A DNA stretch of 64,000 nucleotides, taken from the IMG/VR virus record IMGVR_UViG_2597489885_000001, positions 6,131 to 70,130 of that record. One strand, 5' to 3'. Positions 17,923 through 28,474 of this stretch are shown piece by piece (position 1 is the first letter of the stretch; every line of letters starts with the position of its first letter). This stretch comes from a virus. Its lineage: Duplodnaviria; Caudoviricetes. Under the pieces are notes generated by a model. That model saw nothing but the letters and a program-made list of their open reading frames with translations. It had not been told where the DNA came from and did no database searches. The translations under genes and the position numbers were made by a program.

Positions 17923-20900
17923 ATGGCCGATCAACAAGTCCAGGGGATGCTGGTTCAGATCGAGGCGACAACCGCCCAGCTGCGCCGCGAGCTGGCGAGC
18001 GCCGATCAGGTGGTTGCGCGTAGCAGCCAGGCGATCGACCGCAACCTGGCGACCGTGGACACGGCCTTCGACAGGGCTGGGGCTGCGGCACAAGGCGCGG
18101 GCACGTTGATCCGTGGCGCCCTGGCAGCGGTAGCCGGTGCCGGCGTGATTGGCGGAATCATCAAGCAGGTCGATGCCTACGGGCAGATGGCCGACCGGAT
18201 GAAGGCCGCCGCAGGGAGTACCGCCGAGTATCAGGTGGTGCAGGAGCACCTGCTGCGTACTGCCCAGGAGACCTACCGGCCTCTGGCCGAGGCCCAGGAG
18301 CTTTACATCCGCACCGCGGACGTGATGAAGACCTTGGGCTTCAACACCCAGCAGGCACTGGAGATCACCGACAGCTTCAGCTTTCTGCTGGTGACCAACG
18401 CCGCCACGGCCGACAAGGCAGGCTCGGCGCTGGACGCCTATTCCAAGGCGTTGCAGACAGGCAAGGTCGAGGCTGACGGGTGGATCTCCATCCAGACGGC
18501 CATGCCGACCATTGTCGATGCGATCGCCAGCGCGACCGGCAAGAGCGCGAAGGAAATCCGCAAGTTCGGCGTCGAGGGCAAGCTGTCGCTTGATGACCTC
18601 AACACCGGCCTGCTGCGTACTGTCGAGGTCAACCGCAAGGCAGCCGCCGACATGTCGACCAGCGTCCAAGACGCCATGGTCAACATCAACAACGCCATCA
18701 GCACCTTCCTCGGCAACATGGAAGAACGCACCGGCATCGTGGGCGGCCTGTCGAAAGTCCTGCTCGCCCTGGCGGATAACGTCAACCTGGTCGCTGTCGC
18801 CATGGGGAGCGTGGGCGCTGCTGCCCTGACCAACTACGTTGCGAAGGCTGGCCTGGCCCTGAAAGCCGCGCTGGTCCAACGTGCCGCCGAGGTCGAGAAC
18901 GCCCGCGCTGCACTGCGCGCCGCGGACGCCCAGCGCATCTACGCACAGGCGCAGCTGCAGCAAGCCCAAGCCTCGGTGGCTGCCGCCACCGGCATGCAGC
19001 GCCTGTCGCTGGTGCAGACGCAGCTTATCCCCAAGCAGGCGGCGCTCAAGGCTTCCACGGACGCCCTCGCGATTGCTCAGGGAAACCTGACGCGCATTGC
19101 GACTGGCGGTTTGTTGGCCGCCCTAGGCGGTCCGATGGGGCTTGCCTTGCTCGCCGGTACGGCGGCGGCCAGCTTCCTGCTTCTGGGCGACAACGCCGAC
19201 AAGGCCAGCGTCAGCATCGAGGACCTGCAGAAGCCGGTTGCTCAGCTGCGGGAAGAGTTCGCCAAGCTGAACCGCGACCAGCGCGAAGCCTCTCTGGTGA
19301 AGTGGCAGCAGGAGCAGATCAATGCCACCGACAAGGTGAAGGACGCCTACGGCGACCTGGCCCAGTCAATCCGGCAGGCGGTGGTCACTGCTCCAGCAAG
19401 AGATTCTGGTGGTCAGTACGGCCAGCAGCTGCGTGCTTTCCAAGAGGTGGTCGACAAGCTGAAAGAAGCCAGGGCGACCGGCTCTGACTTATCGCCAGTA
19501 CTTCGTGAAGTGGGCGATCGCCTGAACCTGCCGTCCAGCACAGTGCAACAGTGGATCACCCAGGCCGGCGCGGTCAGCGATGCCGACCAGCGTTCTGTGA
19601 TGATCGCTGAAACCCTGCGCGTGCTGACGGGGGTCACAAACGAAAACACCGCCTCGACGCAGTCGAACAATGCCGCGAAGGCCGGCATGACCACCGCAGG
19701 CCAGTCGTACCTGGACACCCTGCAGAAGCAGTTGGCAGGCCTGCAGGACAACGGCGACGCGATCAAGATTGCCAACCGGCACATTGCGGAAAATGCCAGC
19801 CTCAGCGAGACCGACCGGCAAGCGATCCTGTCTGCTGCCAACGCGATCGAATCGCAGAAGAAGGCCAACAAGGACGCCACCGACGGCAGCAAGGACAGGA
19901 CCAAGGCGCTCAAGGATGAGGTCAAGGCGCTGGACGCCATCATCGACAGGGCGCTTCCCGAGAAGAAGCGCCTCGAGGACCTGGCCGAAGGCGTGAAGGG
20001 TCTGCGCAAGGCCCAGGCGGAGGGAAGGATTACCGCTGCCGAGATGGAGCTCGGCATCAAGAACCTCAACCAGGCCTATGCCGATCCGGTCCTGCAAAAA
20101 CGCGCCGAGGAGGAGCGCAAGCTGGCCGAGCAGCGCCGCAACAGTGCTGAGGCCTACCGCAAGGCGATGGAGGTCGTGCTGCAGACCCGGCAGGACGCGA
20201 TTAATGCGGATGTGGCCGGTGTAGGCATGGGCGACGATCAGCGCGAGCAGGCCGACCGCCTGAACGTCGTGCGGCAGAAGTACGCCGATGCCCGCCGGCA
20301 GCTGGAGGAGCAGCAGGAGGACGTGTCTCGCCGGCTGAGCCAGTCAGCCTACGAGACACGCCTGGCTGATCTGGCCGACTACCAGGCGCGCGAGCTGCAG
20401 ATGGAGGTCGACGGCCACGAAGCCAGACTCCAAGCGCAGCGCGACTACCGCAATGGCGCCAAGCGGGCCTGGGCCAACATCCAGGCCGATGCCGCGGATA
20501 TCGCAGGCGCGACGGACCGCACGCTGTCTGCGGGTTTCGACTCGGCCAGCACCGCCCTGTCGAACTTCGCCATGACCGGCAAGATGAAGTTCAAGGACTT
20601 CGCCACCAGCGTCATCAGCGACATGGCCAGGATCGCCAGCCAGCAGGCCGCGAGCTCTCTGCTCAGCAGCTTGATCGGGATGGGGGTATCTGCCGCTGGC
20701 AACTACTTCGGCGGCACGGCGTCGTCAAACCTGGGCGCGTCCCAAGCCGGGTACAGCAATGCCTACTTCCCGCAGGCGCTCGGCGGTGCGTGGAGCGGTG
20801 GCGTGCAAATGTTCGCCAAGGGTGGCGCCTTCACCAACAGCGTGCTCAACCAGCCAACGGCATTCGGCATGGCCGGCGGCAAGCTGGGGGTCGCCGGCGA

Positions 20901-21174
20901 GGCAGGGCCGGAGGCGATCATGCCGCTTGCCCGCGGCTCCGATGGTTCGCTGGGTGTGCAGGTCGTGGGTGGCAACCAGGGCGGCGGGACAGTGGTGCAG
21001 GTCAGTGCACCCATGAGCATCACTGTGGAAGATCGCAGCTCGGAGGGCATGCAGCTCGATACAGCGGCGCTTGAGCAGAACCTGCGGCAACAGATGCAGG
21101 GTGTTGCGGATAGTGCAATCGCGGCTTCCTGGCGTCCAGGCGGCTCCAGTTTTCGAAACATGAAGGGGAGGTAG
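17923..21174 (+). CDS. Tape measure protein (lambda H-like)
   Basis: 1083 aa, tape-measure N-domain, C-terminal GEAGPEAIMPL. Confidence 0.95.
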   Translation: MADQQVQGMLVQIEATTAQLRRELASADQVVARSSQAIDRNLATVDTAFDRAGAAAQGAGTLIRGALAAVAGAGVIGGIIKQVDAYGQMADRMKAAAGSTAEYQVVQEHLLRTAQETYRPLAEAQELYIRTADVMKTLGFNTQQALEITDSFSFLLVTNAATADKAGSALDAYSKALQTGKVEADGWISIQTAMPTIVDAIASATGKSAKEIRKFGVEGKLSLDDLNTGLLRTVEVNRKAAADMSTSVQDAMVNINNAISTFLGNMEERTGIVGGLSKVLLALADNVNLVAVAMGSVGAAALTNYVAKAGLALKAALVQRAAEVENARAALRAADAQRIYAQAQLQQAQASVAAATGMQRLSLVQTQLIPKQAALKASTDALAIAQGNLTRIATGGLLAALGGPMGLALLAGTAAASFLLLGDNADKASVSIEDLQKPVAQLREEFAKLNRDQREASLVKWQQEQINATDKVKDAYGDLAQSIRQAVVTAPARDSGGQYGQQLRAFQEVVDKLKEARATGSDLSPVLREVGDRLNLPSSTVQQWITQAGAVSDADQRSVMIAETLRVLTGVTNENTASTQSNNAAKAGMTTAGQSYLDTLQKQLAGLQDNGDAIKIANRHIAENASLSETDRQAILSAANAIESQKKANKDATDGSKDRTKALKDEVKALDAIIDRALPEKKRLEDLAEGVKGLRKAQAEGRITAAEMELGIKNLNQAYADPVLQKRAEEERKLAEQRRNSAEAYRKAMEVVLQTRQDAINADVAGVGMGDDQREQADRLNVVRQKYADARRQLEEQQEDVSRRLSQSAYETRLADLADYQARELQMEVDGHEARLQAQRDYRNGAKRAWANIQADAADIAGATDRTLSAGFDSASTALSNFAMTGKMKFKDFATSVISDMARIASQQAASSLLSSLIGMGVSAAGNYFGGTASSNLGASQAGYSNAYFPQALGGAWSGGVQMFAKGGAFTNSVLNQPTAFGMAGGKLGVAGEAGPEAIMPLARGSDGSLGVQVVGGNQGGGTVVQVSAPMSITVEDRSSEGMQLDTAALEQNLRQQMQGVADSAIAASWRPGGSSFRNMKGR

Positions 21175-21176
21175 CG

Positions 21177-21515
21177 GTGGCTATCGAGACATTCACTTGG
21201 GAGCCTGATGACGAGGCCAGTGGCGAAAGCACGCTGAAGACCCGGAAGTCGCAATTCGGCGACAACTACGTCCAGGTGGTGGGCGACGGAATTAACGCAG
21301 AGACCGACACCTGGACGATGTCATTTGGTGGTGTTGCTGAGGAAGTGCAGCCCATTGTCGACTTCATCCGCGCCCACCGCGGCTACCGCTCCTTCCTGTG
21401 GACGCCACCCGGCGGTGAGTTGGGCCTGTATCGCTGCGAAACAATTGGGCAGCAGCGCCGCCCCGGCGGCATCGTTGTTATTAATCTGACCTTCGAGAGG
21501 GCGTATCACCCATGA
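21177..21515 (+). CDS. Minor tail protein (lambda M-like)
   Basis: FGDNYVQ...DGIN...F...H.GY.SFLWTPP. Confidence 0.9.
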   Translation: MAIETFTWEPDDEASGESTLKTRKSQFGDNYVQVVGDGINAETDTWTMSFGGVAEEVQPIVDFIRAHRGYRSFLWTPPGGELGLYRCETIGQQRRPGGIVVINLTFERAYHP

Positions 21516-22261
21516 GCCTAGTTTCACAGATCCAGAAGCTGGAGCCGGGCGCCGAGGTGCTGCTGTTCGAGCTGGATGGCTCGGACTTCGGCGCCGATGT
21601 GCTGCGGTTCCACGGCCACGCCATCCCGCATACGCCCGAGGAGCTGCTGGCGGCGGGGCCAAACGCCGACCAACTGCCTGCCAAGTCGATCTGGTGGCAG
21701 GGTAATGAATACGGTGCTTGGCCGTTGCAGGTGGATGGCATCGAGGCGAACTCGGACGGTACTGCTGTGCGCCCGACGCTGTCGGTCGGCAATGTCAATG
21801 GTCGCATCACTGCCTTGTGCCTCGCCTTCGATGACCTGCTCGAGTTCAAGTTGACCATCCGTAACACGCTCGGCCAGTTCCTGGACGCGGCCAACTTCCC
21901 AGGCGGCAACCCTGAGGCCGACCCGACCCAAGAGAGCATCGAGGTCTGGTACATCGACCAGAAGGTGTCGGAGAACGGCCAGACGGTGACCTGGGAGCTG
22001 GCTAGCCCCGGCGACGTAGGTGGCGAGACCATCGGCCGGCAGATGACCACGTTGTGTCACTGGGCCATGACCAATGGCTACCGCGGCCCCAACTGCGGGT
22101 ACACAGGACCGTACCGCGACAAGGACGGCAACCTCACCGACAACCCAGAACTGGACGAATGCGACGGCTGTATGGGAACCGGGTGCGTGCCGCGCTTCGG
22201 TGTAGGCAACCCGCTGCCGTTCGGCGGCTTCCCCGCCGTATCTCTTATTGCCCGGAGCTGA
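21512..22261 (+). CDS. Minor tail protein (lambda L-like)
   Basis: LFELDG...RPTLSV.N...CHW...YRGPNCGY...C..C...C.PRFG. Confidence 0.9.
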   Translation: MSLVSQIQKLEPGAEVLLFELDGSDFGADVLRFHGHAIPHTPEELLAAGPNADQLPAKSIWWQGNEYGAWPLQVDGIEANSDGTAVRPTLSVGNVNGRITALCLAFDDLLEFKLTIRNTLGQFLDAANFPGGNPEADPTQESIEVWYIDQKVSENGQTVTWELASPGDVGGETIGRQMTTLCHWAMTNGYRGPNCGYTGPYRDKDGNLTDNPELDECDGCMGTGCVPRFGVGNPLPFGGFPAVSLIARS

Positions 22262-22263
22262 TC

Positions 22264-23019
22264 ATGCGCAAACACATCCTCGCCGCCGTGCAAGAGCACG
22301 CTGCGGCGGAATACCCGCGCGAGTGCTGCGGGCTGCTGCTGGCGGTGGACCGCAAGCAGATCTACTACCCGTGCACCAACGTGGCCACTGAGCCAACCGA
22401 GGAATTCCGCATCGCGCCTGAGCAGTACGCTGAAGCGGAAGACCTGGGCGAGGTGATCGGCATCGTGCATTCGCACCCGGACGCTACCAGCCGGCCGTCG
22501 CCCCGTGACTTGGCAATGTGTGAGGCCACGGCGCTTCCCTGGCACATCCTGAGCTGGCCCGAGGGGGATCTCAGGGCGATCACGCCAACTGGTGCCACGC
22601 CGCTACTGGGCCGGCCATTCGTGCATGGCGCCTGGGACTGCTGGCAGGTCTGCGCCGACTGGTACAAGCGCGAGTGGGGGGTGGAGTTTGAAGCCTTCCA
22701 GCGTGCTGATGGCTGGTGGGAAGACCCGGCCGGGCCGAGCCTCTATGAGCAGGCCTATGAAGCGGCGGGATTCGTTCAGGTCGACCAGCCGCGGCGTGGC
22801 GACATGATCGTCATGTCCGTGGGCCGCACCGCGCACCCGAACCATGCAGGGATCTACCTCGGTGCCGATCCGCAGCTGCCCGGGGAGTCCGCCGAGGTTT
22901 TTGGCCCTGGTCCTTTCCTGCTGCACCACCTGTACGGCCGGCCAAGCGAAATCATCGTTTTCGGCGGACCGTGGCTCCACCGAACGCGCCTGGTGCTGCG
23001 TCATCGCGAGGCTCGGTGA
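22264..23019 (+). CDS. Tail assembly protein (lambda K-like, JAB + NlpC/P60)
   Basis: PRECCG...HSHPD...DCW...HAGIY. Confidence 0.9.
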   Translation: MRKHILAAVQEHAAAEYPRECCGLLLAVDRKQIYYPCTNVATEPTEEFRIAPEQYAEAEDLGEVIGIVHSHPDATSRPSPRDLAMCEATALPWHILSWPEGDLRAITPTGATPLLGRPFVHGAWDCWQVCADWYKREWGVEFEAFQRADGWWEDPAGPSLYEQAYEAAGFVQVDQPRRGDMIVMSVGRTAHPNHAGIYLGADPQLPGESAEVFGPGPFLLHHLYGRPSEIIVFGGPWLHRTRLVLRHREAR

Positions 23020-23052
23020 TATCGTTGGCTCCTTTCCACAGGAGTGACCGGC

Positions 23053-23397
23053 ATGAGATTTTTCGTAGGGGCGTTGGCGGTGGCGATGTTGGCGGGGTGT
23101 GTCTCGCCAAGTGACCTTAAGAGCAACGCCCCGACTACGACGGCTACAACCAAGAAATCCCCAAGAGATTATGCGGTTTGTGTTTTCCCGAAATGGCAGG
23201 ACGCTCGCTCTGAAGCGGTTATGTCAGAAACTGAGAACGGGTATCGGCTTGTCATTGGCGCGATGCAGATGACTGATGAATTGCTTGAGGTGAAGCAAGC
23301 CGCTAGTGGCAGCTCGGTGGTCTTTTATCAGCGTGTTGCCTGGATGCCCGGAGTCGGGCGAACTGCTATCGAGAAAGCAGTGAAATCCTGTCTCTAG
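23053..23397 (+). CDS. Lipoprotein moron inserted between K and I
   Basis: Lipobox LAGC; own RBS and downstream terminator; more AT-rich by eye. Confidence 0.8.
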   Translation: MRFFVGALAVAMLAGCVSPSDLKSNAPTTTATTKKSPRDYAVCVFPKWQDARSEAVMSETENGYRLVIGAMQMTDELLEVKQAASGSSVVFYQRVAWMPGVGRTAIEKAVKSCL

Positions 23398-23416
23398 TTG
23401 CTCAAATTGAATACAG

Positions 23417-23438
23417 CCGCCACTTGGCGGCTTTTTAT
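23417..23438 (+). terminator. Intrinsic terminator
   Basis: CCGCC-actt-GGCGGCTTTTT. Confidence 0.7.
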
Positions 23439-23454
23439 TGTCTGGAGGAAAGTC

Positions 23455-24048
23455 ATGTCCACAGCAGTCCATTACTCACCAATGACAACCATTAAGCTGT
23501 CCAGTCCTTTATCCAGGCGGCTCGGGAGGCTTCATCGTCGCTTTCTGGATAGCGGGAGTGTGAGGGAGGTTTTTGCCGCCCTAAGAGCCACGCTTCCCGG
23601 ATTTGCCGAAGAGGTCAGGCGACTAGACCAGCTCGGTATGCGATTTGCCATTTTTCGGAACGGCAAAAATGTTGGCGAGAATGACTTTGACCGAAACGGC
23701 GTCAACGAAGTGCGAATTGTTCCTATCGTCGCCGGTAGTAAGCGTGCCGGACTCCTTCAAACGATCATTGGAGCCGTAATTTTTGTTGCTTCATCTTTTG
23801 TTCCTGGCATGCAAGGCTGGGGGCATTCGCTTGGCGCATCTTTGGCGTTGGGAGGAGTAATTCAGATGCTCAGCCCCCAGGCAAAGGGGCTGTCCATGAG
23901 CGGAGCGCCGGAGAACATGCCGTCATACGCTTTCGGGAGCGCAAAGAACACAACCGCCAGCGGCAACCCCGTCCCGATCTGTATCGGCAAGCGCCGCTGG
24001 GGCGGGGCGATCATCTCCGCATCGATCTACGCTAAAGACAAGGCATAG
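23455..24048 (+). CDS. Tail assembly protein (lambda I-like)
   Basis: IRIVPIVAGSK.AG..QTI.GA...SYAF...G.PVP...G. Confidence 0.9.
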   Translation: MSTAVHYSPMTTIKLSSPLSRRLGRLHRRFLDSGSVREVFAALRATLPGFAEEVRRLDQLGMRFAIFRNGKNVGENDFDRNGVNEVRIVPIVAGSKRAGLLQTIIGAVIFVASSFVPGMQGWGHSLGASLALGGVIQMLSPQAKGLSMSGAPENMPSYAFGSAKNTTASGNPVPICIGKRRWGGAIISASIYAKDKA

Positions 24049-24108
24049 CACCCAGCACGAAATATCACCAACCGCCTCCTGGCGGTTTTTTATTGCCCGG
24101 AGGAAAGT

Positions 24109-27100
24109 ATGGGCGCAGCACTCCTGCCAGATGTAAACGGCGCCAAGGGTGGCGAGAAGAAGCCCAAGGCTCCCTACGAGGCCCCCGACAGCCTGCGGTC
24201 TACCAACATCGCCAAGATCCTGCTGGCAGTTGGCGAGGGCGAGTTTGACGGCACGCCGACCGACCGTGATATCTACCTCGACAACACACCGATCAAGGAC
24301 GCGAGCGGGAACATCAACTTCCCTGGCGTGAAGTGGGAGTGGCGCCCTGGATCGATCGAACAGGACTACATCCAGGGCATCCCTGCGATCGAGAACGAGA
24401 CGACGGTAAACGTCGAGCTACGGAGCGACAACCCCTTCACCCGAACCCTGAGCAATACCCAGCTATCCAGATTTCGCGTGCGCTTTTCCTGGCCGCGGCT
24501 GGTCAGCCAAGACAGTAGCGGCAACACCAATGGCTACCGGATCGAGTACGCCATCGACGTTTCTACCGACGGCGGGGCGTTTGTAGAGTCCCTTCGTAGC
24601 GCTGTGGACGGCAAGACCACCAACGGCTATCAGCGCTCGGATCCCGTAAGCCTTCCGCCGGCCACATCCGGCTGGGCTTTCCGTGTTCGCCGCATCACGC
24701 CAAACGCCAACAGCGGCACTATTGCCGACACGATGACCATCGCCGGTTACACCGAGATCATCGACCAGAAGCTGCGCTACCCGAACACCGCGCTGCTGTA
24801 CATCGAGTTCGATGCCGAGCAGTTCCAGAACATTCCGGCCGTGACTGTGGACTGCAATGCGCAGCGCTGGCCTGTGCCGAGCAACTACGACCCGGTGACC
24901 CGCACCTACACTGGCGTGTGGGACGGTACGTTCAAGCAGGCCTGGACCAACAATCCGGTATGGGCAACCTACGGCTTGTGCGTTAACGATCGGTTCGGTC
25001 TGGGCAAACGCATCCAGCCCTGGATGGTCGACAAGTGGGAGATGTATCGCATCTCCCAGTACTGCGACCAGCAGGTACCAAACGGCGTGGGCGGCATGGA
25101 GCCGCGCTATCTGTGCGACCTGAACCTGCAGGGTAAGGCCGAGGCCTGGACGCTGCTGCGCGACCTCTCGGCGATCTACCGGGGGATGGTCTATTGGGCA
25201 CAGGGCTCGCTGTACATGCAGGCCGACATGCCGCGCGCGCAGGACATTGACTATGTCTTCACTCGGGCCAACGTCATTGACGGCGATTTCGTTTACGGCG
25301 GCGCCGGCCGCGACACGCACTACAGCCGCGCGCTGGTGAGCTACGACAACCCGGCTAACAACTACGATACCGACGTGGTCCCGGTTACAGACATAGCGCT
25401 ACAGCGCCGGTACCGGGATCGCCCCATCGAGATCTCGGCCATTGGCTGCACGCGAGCCAGTGAAGCCCAGCGCCGCGGTAAGTGGGCGCTGCTGAGCAAC
25501 AGCCAGGACCGCACCGTCTCGTTCAAAACTGGCATGGAGGGGGCGAATGTGCTGCCGGGCTTCGTCATCCCCGTGGCTGACGAACTGGTGGCGGGCAGGC
25601 CGAACGGCGGTCGCATCTCGGCCGCAGCTGGCCGGGTGATTACTCTTGACCGGGACACGCCAATCAAGGCTGGTGATCGCCTGATCATCAACCTGCCCAA
25701 CGGCACCGCCCAGGGCAGGACCGTGCAGTCGGTCAGCGGCCGCGCCGTGACTGTGACCACCACCTACGCCCTGCAGCCCGAGCCTGAACTGCAGTGGGCG
25801 ATCGACTACGAAGACCTGGCCATCCAGCTGTTCCGCGTCCTAAAGCGCGTGCGCACGACCGAGGGCGAGTACGAGTTCACCGCCTTGGAGTTCAACCCGA
25901 GCAAGTTCGCCGCGATCGACACCGGCGCCAAGCTTGAGGAGCGGCCAATCAGCGTCATCCCGGTGACTACCGTGCCGCCGCCGGCGAGCGTAACTCTGAC
26001 CTCCGGCTACGCCGTTGACCAGGGCCTGGCGGTCAGCACCATGACCATTGCATGGCCAGCGGTGGAGGGGGCAGTGGCGTATGACGTTGAGTGGCGCAAG
26101 GACAGCGGCAACTGGATCCGCCTGCAGCGCACCGGTACAGCCTCGGTCGATGTTGTTGGCATCTACGCTGGCGCCTACCTGGCGCGGGTGCGGGCGGTGA
26201 GCGCCTTCGATATCTCGTCGATCTGGAAGGCGTCCAACCTGACCCAGCTCAACGGCAAGGAAGGCCTGCCGCCGTCGGTGTCGTTCCTGACACCGACGAG
26301 CCTTGTCTACGGCATCCGCCTGGATTGGGGCTTTCCCGCGGGCGCCGAGGACACCCAGCGCACCGAGATCTGGTACAGCAAGACCACGTCACTTGCTGAC
26401 GCGATCAAGCTGGGCGACTTCGCCTATCCGCAGGCCCGGCACGAAATGCAGGGCATCCTGGCGGGTGCCTCGTTCTTCTTCTGGGCTCGCCTGGTCGACC
26501 GCACCGGCAACGTCGGCCCGTGGTACCCGACCGGGATTGGTGTCAACGGCCAGGCCAGTTCTGACCAGTCAGAATACGAGGAGTACTTCGCCGGCCAGAT
26601 CGGCGAATCTGCCCTCGGCCAGCACCTGGGCGAGCGAATCAACCTGATCGACGGCCCGGCCGACCTTCCTGGGTCGGTCAACAACCGCATCCAAGTGGTT
26701 TCGGGTGAAGTGTCAGCGATTTCGGAAAAGGTCGACGGCGTGTTTGCCCAGGTGAACCCGCCGATGGCCGGTTCCACCGAAGATCTGGCCGGCTCGACGG
26801 AAAGCTTCGTTGGTGTCTGGTCGGTGCAGTCGGCGGTGATCGAGGGCGACGTGGCCATCGGCAAGCGCGTAGATACCGTCCAAGTCCAGATGGGCCAGAA
26901 TACCGCTGCAATCCAGGAGGTGAGCCAGGCCCAGGTGGACCTGAACGGTAAGGCCTCGACCATGTGGTCGGTGAAGATGCAGATCGATGCTGCAGGGCGT
27001 TACGTGTCCGCGGGCATCGGGCTCGGCATTGAAAACCAGAACGGGGTATTCCAAAGCCAGTTCCTGGTGAGTGCCGATCGCTTCGCCGTTGTGAATGGCA

Positions 27101-27387
27101 TGGGCGGTGGTGCGCTTGCTGTGCCGTTTGTTGTTCAGGACGGCCAGGTCTTCATCAACCAGGCGTTTATCAACCAGGCCTTTATCAAGGAGCTGGTGCT
27201 CGGTATGACGCTCAGGTCAGCAGCACTCAACAGCGAAGGCTTGCCGTTGCTGGAAATCAACATTCCAGCAGGGACGTTGACGCTGCGCGGCCAGTCGGCG
27301 GAAGGCTCTACGTTGCTGAACAACAACGGCATCTTCGTTTACGACCTGAACCATACAGAGCGTGCTGCCCTGGGGAGGCTTTCGTAA
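24109..27387 (+). CDS. Tail tip / host-specificity protein (lambda J-like)
   Basis: 1092 aa; EGE..G, W.NNP.W, FN3-like middle, DUF1983-like MWSVKM...SQFLV.ADRF. Confidence 0.95.
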   Translation: MGAALLPDVNGAKGGEKKPKAPYEAPDSLRSTNIAKILLAVGEGEFDGTPTDRDIYLDNTPIKDASGNINFPGVKWEWRPGSIEQDYIQGIPAIENETTVNVELRSDNPFTRTLSNTQLSRFRVRFSWPRLVSQDSSGNTNGYRIEYAIDVSTDGGAFVESLRSAVDGKTTNGYQRSDPVSLPPATSGWAFRVRRITPNANSGTIADTMTIAGYTEIIDQKLRYPNTALLYIEFDAEQFQNIPAVTVDCNAQRWPVPSNYDPVTRTYTGVWDGTFKQAWTNNPVWATYGLCVNDRFGLGKRIQPWMVDKWEMYRISQYCDQQVPNGVGGMEPRYLCDLNLQGKAEAWTLLRDLSAIYRGMVYWAQGSLYMQADMPRAQDIDYVFTRANVIDGDFVYGGAGRDTHYSRALVSYDNPANNYDTDVVPVTDIALQRRYRDRPIEISAIGCTRASEAQRRGKWALLSNSQDRTVSFKTGMEGANVLPGFVIPVADELVAGRPNGGRISAAAGRVITLDRDTPIKAGDRLIINLPNGTAQGRTVQSVSGRAVTVTTTYALQPEPELQWAIDYEDLAIQLFRVLKRVRTTEGEYEFTALEFNPSKFAAIDTGAKLEERPISVIPVTTVPPPASVTLTSGYAVDQGLAVSTMTIAWPAVEGAVAYDVEWRKDSGNWIRLQRTGTASVDVVGIYAGAYLARVRAVSAFDISSIWKASNLTQLNGKEGLPPSVSFLTPTSLVYGIRLDWGFPAGAEDTQRTEIWYSKTTSLADAIKLGDFAYPQARHEMQGILAGASFFFWARLVDRTGNVGPWYPTGIGVNGQASSDQSEYEEYFAGQIGESALGQHLGERINLIDGPADLPGSVNNRIQVVSGEVSAISEKVDGVFAQVNPPMAGSTEDLAGSTESFVGVWSVQSAVIEGDVAIGKRVDTVQVQMGQNTAAIQEVSQAQVDLNGKASTMWSVKMQIDAAGRYVSAGIGLGIENQNGVFQSQFLVSADRFAVVNGMGGGALAVPFVVQDGQVFINQAFINQAFIKELVLGMTLRSAALNSEGLPLLEINIPAGTLTLRGQSAEGSTLLNNNGIFVYDLNHTERAALGRLS

Positions 27388-27683
27388 TGGCGTTTTATGG
27401 AGCCAGAACAAGGAATGCCGCCGGCGTTGAAACGCTCAACACGTCGACCATGGGTATTCGCTCGATCGTGACTGTGAAGGTCACGGTCCCGCCGATCACT
27501 AGCGACTTCACCAGCTTCATCAATATGCCGGAGATCACTGCGACTTCGTTCGTTTGCGTCACGCTTCAGGACGCCTCGAACAGCTCCTCGGCGCTCCCTG
27601 CTGTGTTCTGGTCTACCGGCCAGCTCAGGGTTCGCCGCGGCGCTGGCATCGCCTTGAACGTTTTCATCCTGACTTATCAATAA
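27387..27683 (+). CDS. Tail-tip accessory protein
   Basis: Coupled to J (TAATG); beta-rich 98 aa. Confidence 0.65.
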   Translation: MAFYGARTRNAAGVETLNTSTMGIRSIVTVKVTVPPITSDFTSFINMPEITATSFVCVTLQDASNSSSALPAVFWSTGQLRVRRGAGIALNVFILTYQ

Positions 27684-27692
27684 GGGGGAGGC

Positions 27693-28418
27693 ATGGACTA
27701 CGGATTCAGGTCGCGCAACGGTCTGAACTTCTTTCAGATTGACAGCGTGAACAGGGTTCTCGGGGTCGCTGCCAGTGGCAGCTACGTGATCGGCAAGCCG
27801 CCTGGCGCCCCGCTCACAATCACTTCAGCAACCATCACTTATCCGGCGGCGATCACCACAGCCGATCCTCCCATGGTGTTCTTAAACCCGACGAATCAGG
27901 GCATGTATCACACCCTGGAGAACCTCGGTAGCTCAGGAAACTGGACCGGCTTTCGTTTTCAGCTGCAGCTGATGTCGCCTTTCAATAGCTCAGACTGCAG
28001 TGGTAAGTGGCTGGTGGCGACGTTCCGTTCAGTGGGACCTCCCAGTGAATACGACATCAGGCTGAGGTCCGCGACTGGAGAGACGATATTTGTAGGCGCG
28101 GATAACCTGCTTTCAATGAGAGGGTTTCCGGTCAATGAAGGGTGGTCGCTCGATAACCGAGGCGAGCAGGTGGGCGCGGTCTACTGGTCAGGCTGCCAGA
28201 TGCCGTGGACTGGCGACTATGCGGATTACTTCCTGGCGTCGACCCTGATTGGCGGGAAAATCTATAACGGCAACTCGACGCTGGAAACACCGTGCGGGTT
28301 TCACGCCGGCATCCGCTCCACTCTAAACGGTTACGTCGGGGCGCTGGTCAGCTCTGAGGGTGGCACGGCTAAGAACGGGCGAACCACTTTTGCCGTAAGA
28401 CCGATGCGACCCCTGTAA
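27693..28418 (+). CDS. Tail-tip accessory / putative receptor-binding protein
   Basis: MDYGFRSRN...FQID; position after J. Confidence 0.6.
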   Translation: MDYGFRSRNGLNFFQIDSVNRVLGVAASGSYVIGKPPGAPLTITSATITYPAAITTADPPMVFLNPTNQGMYHTLENLGSSGNWTGFRFQLQLMSPFNSSDCSGKWLVATFRSVGPPSEYDIRLRSATGETIFVGADNLLSMRGFPVNEGWSLDNRGEQVGAVYWSGCQMPWTGDYADYFLASTLIGGKIYNGNSTLETPCGFHAGIRSTLNGYVGALVSSEGGTAKNGRTTFAVRPMRPL

Positions 28419-28474
28419 TCAAATCCCTACTACCAAAGCCCTCCTTTTGAGGGCTTCTTTTTTGGAGCAGCCGA

